This document shows, piece by piece, positions 56,626-64,000 of a stretch of DNA of 64,000 nt. The translations under genes were made by a program, and so were the position numbers. The notes beneath the pieces were generated by a model. It worked only from the letters and a program-made list of their open reading frames with translations, had not been told where the DNA came from and did not search any database. The DNA lies in NCBI GenBank assembly GCA_002722735.1, contig PBMR01000009.1, forward strand, positions 42,881 to 106,880. The letters are read 5' to 3'. This stretch comes from Methanobacteriota archaeon (GTDB taxonomy: Archaea > Thermoplasmatota > Poseidoniia > Poseidoniales > Thalassarchaeaceae). How positions within the stretch are numbered: the stretch's first letter is position 1; every line of letters begins with the position of its first letter.

Positions 56626-57402
56626 ATGGCGGGGTTGACACAGCCATCCCTGGATGCGATTTCTCGAAGCGTTGAACTAGAGGGAACGGGGAGGCCTTTC
56701 AGCACTCCGTTCATCTATAGGTTCCTAGAGAAGTACGTACCCGTCCTCCTGAGGAGCCTCACGAATTTCCATTTCAGGGGTTTGGCGAAGGTTCCACATC
56801 ATGGTGCGGTAATCTTCTCTGCTAACCACCTCTCCAACCTCGACCCCTTCATCAAGGTCATTGCTGCCCAGAGACCCATACACTTCCTAGCCAAGGATGG
56901 GCACTTCAAGCGGCAGCCCCATCGCTTCGTGATGATCAGCACGGGGCAGATCGAGACCTTCAGGGAGACCGGTGCTAAGGATGCCCTAGCCCGGGCAGTG
57001 GACGTGCTCGATTCGGGTGGTTGCCTGGGAATCTTTCCCGAGGGGACGAGATCAAGGAGGTCAGAGCCCCCTTTCCTGCAATATGGCAAGACCGGCGTGG
57101 CTCGCCTTGCTGCTAAGTTCCCTCTCGTCCCGATCGTTCCCATTACAATCATCGGTGCCAGAGAGTTCATGCCACCAGGTTCGACCCTCCCACGGCTATT
57201 GAAACGCGTCGAGGTCATCGTGGACGACCCCATCACCTTCGCTGAGTGGATTGCCCACTCAGACGGTGGAGGGATGACCGATGATGACGTTGCTTCCATG
57301 GTCGGACTGCCTGATGACGGACGAAATGAGGCAATGAGGCAATTATACCGTAGATTCACGGACCAGATCATCGAGACCATGAGGGGCAGAGGGGCACCCT
57401 GA
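56626..57402 (+). CDS. plsC: lysophospholipid acyltransferase (PlsC family)
   Basis: NHLSNLD (HX4D), FLAK, IFPEGTRS and GVARLA motifs. Confidence 0.92.
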   Translation: MAGLTQPSLDAISRSVELEGTGRPFSTPFIYRFLEKYVPVLLRSLTNFHFRGLAKVPHHGAVIFSANHLSNLDPFIKVIAAQRPIHFLAKDGHFKRQPHRFVMISTGQIETFRETGAKDALARAVDVLDSGGCLGIFPEGTRSRRSEPPFLQYGKTGVARLAAKFPLVPIVPITIIGAREFMPPGSTLPRLLKRVEVIVDDPITFAEWIAHSDGGGMTDDDVASMVGLPDDGRNEAMRQLYRRFTDQIIETMRGRGAP

Positions 57403-57449
57403 GGTCATCGCATCCTTGATGGACTACCGACGCACAGCCCGGTAGGCAT

Positions 57450-58244
57450 ATGCAGCAGTATCTGGATTTCCTGAGACGAATTCTCGTTGAAGGGGAGGAG
57501 AAGGGCGACCGTACGGGCACTGGGACCATCTCGATTTTTGGCCACCAAATGCGATTCGATCTCTCAGAAGGCCTACCTGCAGTGACCACCAAGCGAGTAC
57601 ATTGGCGCAGCGTCATCCACGAGCTGCTGTGGTTCCTCTCAGGGGACACCAATGTAGGATACCTCCAAGAAAACAAGGTAAGGATCTGGAACGAATGGGC
57701 CGATGAGGAAGGTGAGCTCGGGCCCGTTTACGGCAAGCAGTGGCGCAGGTGGAAGACCGATGACGGGCGGGTGATCGACCAAATTGAGAATGCCATCAAC
57801 CTTATTCGCAACACTCCGAACAGCCGGCGAATCATCATCTCGGCTTGGAATGTCGGGGAGCTAGACGAAATGGCGTTGATGCCTTGCCATGCCTTCTTCC
57901 AATTCTACGTTAACGAAGGAAGGCTCTCTTGCCAACTCTACCAGAGGAGTGCTGATGGATTCCTTGGCGTGCCATTCAACATCTCCTCCTACAGCCTACT
58001 GACCTGCATGATGGCTCAGGTATGCGACCTCGATCCCGGGGAGTTCATCTGGACAGGTGGGGACTGCCACCTCTACCTCAACCACCTCAATCAGGCCCGT
58101 GAGCAGATTAGTCGGATACCTCTGGAACTGCCGACACTGAAGCTCAATCCCTCAGTTTGTTCGATTGACGACTTCGCATTCGAGGATATCGAAATTTATG
58201 GCTATATCCACCACCCGCACATATCGGCCCCAATCTCAGTCTAG
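57450..58244 (+). CDS. thyA: thymidylate synthase (bacterial type)
   Basis: [31 protein letters not shown] and YQRSAD.FLGVPFN motifs. Confidence 0.97.
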   Translation: MQQYLDFLRRILVEGEEKGDRTGTGTISIFGHQMRFDLSEGLPAVTTKRVHWRSVIHELLWFLSGDTNVGYLQENKVRIWNEWADEEGELGPVYGKQWRRWKTDDGRVIDQIENAINLIRNTPNSRRIIISAWNVGELDEMALMPCHAFFQFYVNEGRLSCQLYQRSADGFLGVPFNISSYSLLTCMMAQVCDLDPGEFIWTGGDCHLYLNHLNQAREQISRIPLELPTLKLNPSVCSIDDFAFEDIEIYGYIHHPHISAPISV

Positions 58245-58252
58245 GTGAACCG

Positions 58253-58762
58253 ATGAAAATGGCAATGATTGTCGCGATGGACGAGGATGGATTCATCGGC
58301 AAGGGGAATCGCCTCCCTTGGAGGTTGGCAAGTGACATGGCCCGCTTCAAGCGGCTCACGGTGGGAGGGGGGGTTAACTCGGTAATCATGGGAAGGAAGA
58401 CCTGGAACTCGCTCCCAGCCTCGTTCAGGCCGTTACCCGAACGTGTCAACATCGTAATGTCACGCGATTCCGGATGGCAGGCGGGAGGAGCGAGGGTTGC
58501 CCCCCATGTGGAGCGAGCCATCGAAATATCATTCTCAGAGGGGAGTGAGGAATGCTGGGTAGTTGGGGGGGCTCAGGTCTACGAGATGTTTCTCGAGAAG
58601 GTGAGCGAGATCCACGTCACCACTGTTCACACCATTCAGAGTGGGGACATCAGATTCCCGAAATGGGACAGGGGGGGGTGGTCCGAGATGGTCGTCGACA
58701 ATTGCGAATCCGATGATGAGAACGAGTGTGGATCCACATATTCGGTATGGACTAGATCCTAA
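58253..58762 (+). CDS. folA: dihydrofolate reductase
   Basis: IG..NRLPWRLASD, VIMGRKTW, RPLPERVNIV and VVGGAQVY motifs. Confidence 0.96.
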   Translation: MKMAMIVAMDEDGFIGKGNRLPWRLASDMARFKRLTVGGGVNSVIMGRKTWNSLPASFRPLPERVNIVMSRDSGWQAGGARVAPHVERAIEISFSEGSEECWVVGGAQVYEMFLEKVSEIHVTTVHTIQSGDIRFPKWDRGGWSEMVVDNCESDDENECGSTYSVWTRS

Positions 58763-58912
58763 GAGCCCGGTCTTCTGGCCATCGCCCTAAGGCCACAATA
58801 TTCTTTGGTTTATTCAAATTTTGAAATTTCGCTACTCTTGTTGATGCCAGCATCAATTGGGTGATCTGGAAACCTATCATTGGGGGGCCGAATTCTCGAA
58901 GTAATCGAGGAA

Positions 58913-60061
58913 TCACTCGTGCCCGTGCCCAATCAGTCCTGCAGCATCGGCCCCAAATAGGATTACGATCATGAGGGCCACTCCCATTAAGACGCTCATC
59001 ATGGCCTCCCTCCCTGTTTCTGGGTTGTGTATGTCTGGGAGGGTGTCCACTGCTGATACATACAGGAAAGTTCCTCCAGAGAACAGCATAGCAAGCGCAA
59101 TCAGATGCTCATCCAGTCCCTCGAGTGCGTAGAACGAGAATATGATCATCAACGGAGTTGCGATTGAGAATAAGACGACGTCCCTGATGGCGTCATTCCT
59201 ATCTTCCCTCTCGTGCATCGAGAATACCCCCAGGCTGAAAGCCGCAGGGACCTTATGGATTAGTACAGCCAGTGCCACAGCGGCAGTGACAGCTTCGGAG
59301 GACCCGGCTGCTGCAGAGCCTATAGCCAGACCGTCTGCAGCAGAATGCAGGGACAGGCCGAGAACCAGCAATAACGGGGTGGACGTGTGATGGACGTGCT
59401 GGTGTCCATGCTCGCTCTCGTGATCATGGCGCTCCTCGTGTACAGCATGCCCTATTCCCGAGCCCTCCAGTACTAGCATCAGAACGAAACCAGCAAGCAC
59501 TGCTGCCCCCATTATCAGATTCTCGAGAGCTTCCTCCTCCTCAGCCCCATGGCCCCCCTCGTGTGCGTGGGAGGAAATTAGTTCCTCGATCTCATCGATT
59601 CCGATCGAGGCGTTTATCTCCCCGGACTGCACTTCCTCGACTACGTGTTCGATGCCTTCGGACAGAGACTCCTCGGACTCTTCGTCATGGGACTCTTCTT
59701 CTGGAGGCTCGTTGTGATTTTCCTCACCATGCCCCCCGATGAGCCTCTCAATCTCCTCGATGGCTTCCAATACGGTGATTTCACCGTGCTCCACCTCCAG
59801 TATAACGAGGGCAGTGGACCCAGCCAGTGCATCCTCAAATGCGTGCCCGTGGTCGTCGTGCCCTCCAGTGGCCAGCTCGAAACCCTCGGGAATGACGACA
59901 AGTACTGCGGATGCCAACAGAATCCCAGCAGCCAGTCCTGTTATCCTTCGTAGAGAATTCTTCTCCCCTTTCATATTGCTGTAAATGGGAGATAGGCCCC
60001 CTATCAGCGCTAAAATCAATGTTAGTGCAATTAGTTCGATGGGTAGGCCCCCTTCGGTCAT
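58913..60061 (-). CDS. ZIP-family metal transporter with large His/Glu-rich insert
   Basis: LHSAADGLAIG, LIHKVPAA and FSGGTFLYV; His-rich TM3-TM4 loop. Confidence 0.92.
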   Translation of the reverse strand: MTEGGLPIELIALTLILALIGGLSPIYSNMKGEKNSLRRITGLAAGILLASAVLVVIPEGFELATGGHDDHGHAFEDALAGSTALVILEVEHGEITVLEAIEEIERLIGGHGEENHNEPPEEESHDEESEESLSEGIEHVVEEVQSGEINASIGIDEIEELISSHAHEGGHGAEEEEALENLIMGAAVLAGFVLMLVLEGSGIGHAVHEERHDHESEHGHQHVHHTSTPLLLVLGLSLHSAADGLAIGSAAAGSSEAVTAAVALAVLIHKVPAAFSLGVFSMHEREDRNDAIRDVVLFSIATPLMIIFSFYALEGLDEHLIALAMLFSGGTFLYVSAVDTLPDIHNPETGREAMMSVLMGVALMIVILFGADAAGLIGHGHE

Positions 60062-60076
60062 TGAATACAGCGCGAC

Positions 60077-60103
60077 AATAATATATATTTAAGAAATATT
60101 ATT
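60077..60103. promoter_or_regulatory. putative operator palindrome in the divergent ZIP / NikR-like promoter
   Basis: AATAATAT-N11-ATATTATT within a very AT-rich 66-bp spacer. Confidence 0.5.
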
Positions 60104-60127
60104 AATATTCCTCACTTACGAGGAGGC

Positions 60128-60550
60128 ATGAGCAGGATAATCTCCTTCAGTGGGGACAATGAATTCCTCGATTCTCTCGACTCCATGATCGAGGAAACTG
60201 GCTACATTAACAGGAGCATGTTCCTGAGGGACGCAAGTATGCACTTCGCAGACTCTAGCCGTGGGGACCTCAGTTCCATGGGAGACGAAATGAACACCGA
60301 GGGCGTATTGGTGATATTCTACCAGCACGGCGTGGAGTCAAAGATCCTGGACATTAGGCACTCACATTCTGTGGAGGTGTCCTCATTCCACCACAACTGC
60401 CTAACTGAGAGTCACACTTGCGTTGACACCCTACAAATCAAGGGTTCCGCCAGCTCATTGAGAGAAATCGTCTCCAGACTTAGGAACACGCAAGATGTTG
60501 ATCGTGTCTCATTCGTACCAGCACCTGTGAGGGAATCGGGTTGCTGCTGA
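60128..60550 (+). CDS. NikR-like regulator (RHH + ACT metal-binding domain)
   Basis: IISFS...LD..I...GY.NRS.F.RDA, then GVLVIFYQH, RHSH and FHHNC...CVD; SD GAGGAGG. Confidence 0.85.
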   Translation: MSRIISFSGDNEFLDSLDSMIEETGYINRSMFLRDASMHFADSSRGDLSSMGDEMNTEGVLVIFYQHGVESKILDIRHSHSVEVSSFHHNCLTESHTCVDTLQIKGSASSLREIVSRLRNTQDVDRVSFVPAPVRESGCC

Positions 60551-60724
60551 ATTTCGATGGGCATTGAAGCCAATTATTCCGTCAACTAGGTCGTCGGATA
60601 CCTTCACAATATACCCAAGGAATTGCTTCCAGGTTTCGTGGTAAATATGATGCTGGGCACGCGTATGTATTTTCTTACTTCCCATACTAAATAGGGGGGG
60701 CTGTGCGGCGGAACAGAGGATATC

Positions 60725-62062
60725 ATGGGCGGGTTTACAGACTTAGGAGTCGATATTGCCTTGGCTGATGTACTGCGAGAAGGGGGCATAGAGGAGCCTT
60801 TCGAGGTTCAGCAAGAGACGATTCCGGAAGCTTTGCTAGGAAGGGACGTGTGCTGCAGGGCCCCCACGGGTTCCGGGAAGACTCTCGCATTCGGTCTCCC
60901 ACTAATCTCCCGGACCGTCAAGGCCAAGCCCAAAAGGCCCACCTCATTAATCCTCACGCCCACCAGGGAGCTCGCGGAGCAGATCAGGGGAGTCTTGCAG
61001 CCACTCGCCGGCTCCGCTGGCCTCGGGGTGCTGTCGGTCTACGGAGGCACCCCCTACAGAGGGCAGCTGAGGAGACTCGATCGTGGCGTGGAAATTCTGG
61101 TCGCCTGCCCTGGCAGGCTGATTGACCTTCTTGAAAGGGGTGCCCTGCGCCTTGACGACGTTGGCATCGTTGTCCTGGACGAGGCTGACAGGATGGCTGA
61201 CATGGGTTTCATGGAGCCAGTGTGCTCGATTCTTGATAAATGCCGGTACGATCGTCAGACGATACTCTTCAGTGCGACTCTTGACGACGACGTCGCCGGG
61301 ATTGTCGACTCTTACCAGAACGACCCCCTGAGGGTCGGCATAGGGCCCGAGGAAATTAGTATGGACAGCATGCAGCACTTCTTCTGGAAGACCAACTCCC
61401 GGGGAAAGTCCGATCTCTCGGCCTACATTACCGAGAAGTGCGGCCGTAGTATCATCTTCTGCAGGACCAGGGCCGGCGTTAACCGGCTCGGAGATGAGAT
61501 GAGTGAATTCGGCTCCTCCTTCACGACCCTTCACGGGGGCATGAGCCAGAAGCAGCGGGACAGGTCGATGCAGAAGTTCAGCGCAGGACGTGCTAGGGTG
61601 CTGATAGCGACCGACGTCGCTTCGCGCGGTATCGACGTCGACGACGTCAGCTGCATCATACACTTCGACCCTCCTGAGAACGGCAAGGCGTACAAGCACA
61701 GGAGCGGCAGGACCGCCAGGGCAGGCTCCACTGGGACCGTTGTCTCATTGGTTCTGAGGTCTCAGAACAGGCAGTACAGACGAATCCAAGACGAAGTGGG
61801 CATCAGGAGCAGATTTACTGAGCCCGAGGTAGAGGCTCTGGAGGAGAGAGAATTCGTACCCGCCTCACCGGGCAAGGACAAGTTCCGCGGTAAGCCCAAT
61901 AGGTCGCGGAATAACAAGCGGGCCCGCCGGTCAAGGAAGAGTCCCCAGCAAAAGCCACCTAACCATGGCTCCGGCCACCGCAACGGGCGTCGGAATAAAG
62001 GCAAGGGGAAGCACTACACCCGGCCTCGTGGCAAACTGAAGAAGGCTGACTATAGGGCCTAG
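60725..62062 (+). CDS. DEAD-box RNA helicase
   Basis: APTGSGKT, PTRELA, DEAD, SAT, TDVASRGID and HRSGRTAR; basic C-terminal tail. Confidence 0.96.
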   Translation: MGGFTDLGVDIALADVLREGGIEEPFEVQQETIPEALLGRDVCCRAPTGSGKTLAFGLPLISRTVKAKPKRPTSLILTPTRELAEQIRGVLQPLAGSAGLGVLSVYGGTPYRGQLRRLDRGVEILVACPGRLIDLLERGALRLDDVGIVVLDEADRMADMGFMEPVCSILDKCRYDRQTILFSATLDDDVAGIVDSYQNDPLRVGIGPEEISMDSMQHFFWKTNSRGKSDLSAYITEKCGRSIIFCRTRAGVNRLGDEMSEFGSSFTTLHGGMSQKQRDRSMQKFSAGRARVLIATDVASRGIDVDDVSCIIHFDPPENGKAYKHRSGRTARAGSTGTVVSLVLRSQNRQYRRIQDEVGIRSRFTEPEVEALEEREFVPASPGKDKFRGKPNRSRNNKRARRSRKSPQQKPPNHGSGHRNGRRNKGKGKHYTRPRGKLKKADYRA

Positions 62063-62088
62063 CCAGTCTCTCAAAACAGAGGTCGTTA

Positions 62089-62451
62089 CTATCGGCCTGC
62101 ATCATTAAGACGATTGTATTTTGTAGTCATTCCTTTCGATGCACTTATTGGATATTTGTTCTCATTCTCCCCCAACTTCTTCTCTACTGCGTCTATCGCA
62201 TCAATTCCTAGAATTGAACACATCCTTAGTGCATAAATCAGAATATCGGCAATCTCCTCTTCGACTGATCTGAGCAACCCTTCATCCTCCAAAACTTCCG
62301 TGACCGCTGGGTCGGTCCACTGGAAGCACTCCAGTAGCTCTGCGGCCTCGATCGAGATAGAAGAAGCGATGTTCTTCGGGGAGTGGAACTGGCCCCAGTC
62401 CCTTTCTGATGTGAATTGGTCGATTTTTTCAATCACGTTCCTAATCGTCAT
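62089..62451 (-). CDS. MazG-like nucleotide pyrophosphohydrolase (dCTP pyrophosphatase-like)
   Basis: ERDWGQFHSPKN, EAAELLECFQW, EEIAD and NENKYP motifs. Confidence 0.92.
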   Translation of the reverse strand: MTIRNVIEKIDQFTSERDWGQFHSPKNIASSISIEAAELLECFQWTDPAVTEVLEDEGLLRSVEEEIADILIYALRMCSILGIDAIDAVEKKLGENENKYPISASKGMTTKYNRLNDAGR

Positions 62452-62692
62452 AACGGGTTCGCATAGACATCACCTCCTTGAATGGTGCCCTAGAAACTCA
62501 AAGGGTACAAGGAAGGAGCCCTTAGCATGACGTATTGTCATTAGCGCGTATGTTTGGGAAGTCACACACCACCGAGAATCTGTGGAGATGGATGAAGTGA
62601 CTACGGCTTGAAGTCTGCCAACCTAGTCGCATGAGTCTAAGCAGAAACCCATTGATAGATGGATTCACAAGTGTTAGTAATGACGCATTGCC

Positions 62693-63445
62693 GTGAAAGA
62701 GGTCCCCGTTGTGAAGAAGCCGCCTTCGGGAGTGCAGGAGGATCTGGTTCCCGAAAGGGTTGTTAACGGCCTCCCTACAATGTACTGCTTCGAGACCTGC
62801 CCATTCTGCTTCAAGGTCAAGGCACTCCTGGGCTCCAGGGGCATCGAGTATTCTAAGGTCGAGGTCGATCCTACTTTCAAGACGCAGATGAAGTGGTCTG
62901 ACTGGGGCATGGTGCCAGTATTCGTCGACGTCGATGGCACCCATGTGACCGACTCAAACTACATCCTCCACTACATCGATTCCAATGACTCTGGTTCGTT
63001 CCCGCGAATGGGTGAGGACCCCGAGCAGGATCGGTGGATGAACTTCTCCAACAAGATCCTAGGTAAGTCCATCGTCGCAGTGATTTACACCTCGTACAGA
63101 ACCTCCCTCCAGGCCCTCGATTACGTGACAAGGGTTGACAACTTCTCGTTTGGCAGCCGACTGATTAACAAGTGGCTAGGAGGATTCGTCATGCGCATGG
63201 TCGGCAAGAGCAGAGCGAAGATGTTCGAACTTCCACCCCGTGAGAACCTTCAGTACCAACTGGACGAGATGTCCAAGGGGATTAGGGGGGACTTCTTCGG
63301 AGAGGAAGAGCCTAACGGGGCCGACTACGCCAACTTCGGAATTCTTCGGTCTATGCAGGGCCTGAATGGATTCGACATAGTCGCGAGCCATCAGATCGTG
63401 TCCGGATGGTACGGAAGGATGCAGGATCACTCCGGCGTGTACTGA
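62693..63445 (+). CDS. glutathione S-transferase, prostaglandin E synthase 2-like
   Basis: TCPFCFKVKA, VEVDP, VPV, TDS and FFGEEEPNGAD motifs. Confidence 0.85.
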   Translation: MKEVPVVKKPPSGVQEDLVPERVVNGLPTMYCFETCPFCFKVKALLGSRGIEYSKVEVDPTFKTQMKWSDWGMVPVFVDVDGTHVTDSNYILHYIDSNDSGSFPRMGEDPEQDRWMNFSNKILGKSIVAVIYTSYRTSLQALDYVTRVDNFSFGSRLINKWLGGFVMRMVGKSRAKMFELPPRENLQYQLDEMSKGIRGDFFGEEEPNGADYANFGILRSMQGLNGFDIVASHQIVSGWYGRMQDHSGVY

Positions 63446-63558
63446 CTAGTACAGGTCCATCTTATCGCGGGAATTAATGTACCCATCACTGATGTAGAGG
63501 ATAAAGTAGATGTGGTTATTAAACCTCCAAAGAGCCCGTTGCTCCAGAGGTGTGATGG

Positions 63559-64000
63559 ATGGGCGAAATGCTGCATAGGTTGCACGTTTCCAACTATTCA
63601 CCCGAGGAAGAGATTGCGAATGTCATCACACATGGGCTGGGAGTCATCCTCGCCGCGGTAGGCCTGTACTTCCTCGCTACCGAGGCGCACCTGACAGCCG
63701 ATCCGTGGAAACTGTGGTCTAGCGTGACTTTCGGCCTATGCATGTTCGCTTGCTACCTTTGCTCTACCCTGTATCATGCCGTTTCTAATCTTGAGTTGAA
63801 GGATAAGATGAGGATTGCCGATCACATTGGGATCTATCTGCTGATTGCTGGTTCCTACACCCCCTTCGTCCTCGTGAACCTCCACGGCTGGATTGGTTGG
63901 ACGTTCTTCATCCTCATCTGGGGTTGCGCTGTGTTAGGAATCATCATCAGAGTCACAAATCATCGAGTCCCGAACTATGTCTCAGCAGCGCCGTATCTCA
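63559..64000 (+). CDS. hemolysin III / PAQR family membrane protein (3'-truncated by window)
   Basis: EEIANVITHGLG, STLYHA and DHIGIYLLIAGSYTPF motifs. Confidence 0.93.
   Translation, partial: MGEMLHRLHVSNYSPEEEIANVITHGLGVILAAVGLYFLATEAHLTADPWKLWSSVTFGLCMFACYLCSTLYHAVSNLELKDKMRIADHIGIYLLIAGSYTPFVLVNLHGWIGWTFFILIWGCAVLGIIIRVTNHRVPNYVSAAPYL

Noticed and set aside
1..64000. CRISPR arrays, IS elements, prophage and rRNA genes
   Set aside because: No regularly spaced repeats, transposase, integrase or capsid motifs, or rRNA-like segments were seen; nearly all sequence is accounted for by the genes listed.

Overview
This is a gene-dense archaeal chromosomal segment with about 68 CDS, one tRNA and the SRP RNA. 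The organism is most likely a marine Thermoplasmatota (Marine Group II / Poseidoniales-like). That assignment is inferred from archaeal markers (S19e/L39e/L31e/S17e, Kae1, aCPSF1-psmB, EndA, ZPR1, archaeal ValRS/TrpRS, GGAGGTGA Shine-Dalgarno sites) together with bacterial-type genes (topA, thyA-folA, plsC, pntAB, class 2 DHODH, mqnC). Most content is housekeeping, and I found no transposase, integrase, prophage or CRISPR array. Features the ORF track missed or truncated: SRP RNA (22657-22955, -), tRNA-Pro(TGG), rpl39e, a 58-aa membrane peptide, full-length pntAb (needs a CTG start) and a terminal hemolysin-III gene. Most interesting observations: (1) a 27-bp in-phase alternating pyrimidine-purine tract, a Z-DNA candidate, just upstream of the TATA box of a topoisomerase I gene with an unusual triple C-terminal repeat, suggesting a supercoiling-sensing switch; (2) a degenerate TatC fused to a Cys-rich HdrA-N-like domain, downstream of a reeler-type protein with a CxCH motif; (3) an RHH-led folE-queE-queC-msrB-queD operon with a nested palindromic operator and a QueC lacking its Zn cysteines; (4) tandem class 1B and class 2 dihydroorotate dehydrogenases; (5) a ZIP transporter and a divergent NikR-like regulator with altered metal ligands and an operator palindrome. 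All product calls come from motif recognition by eye; no database searches were run.
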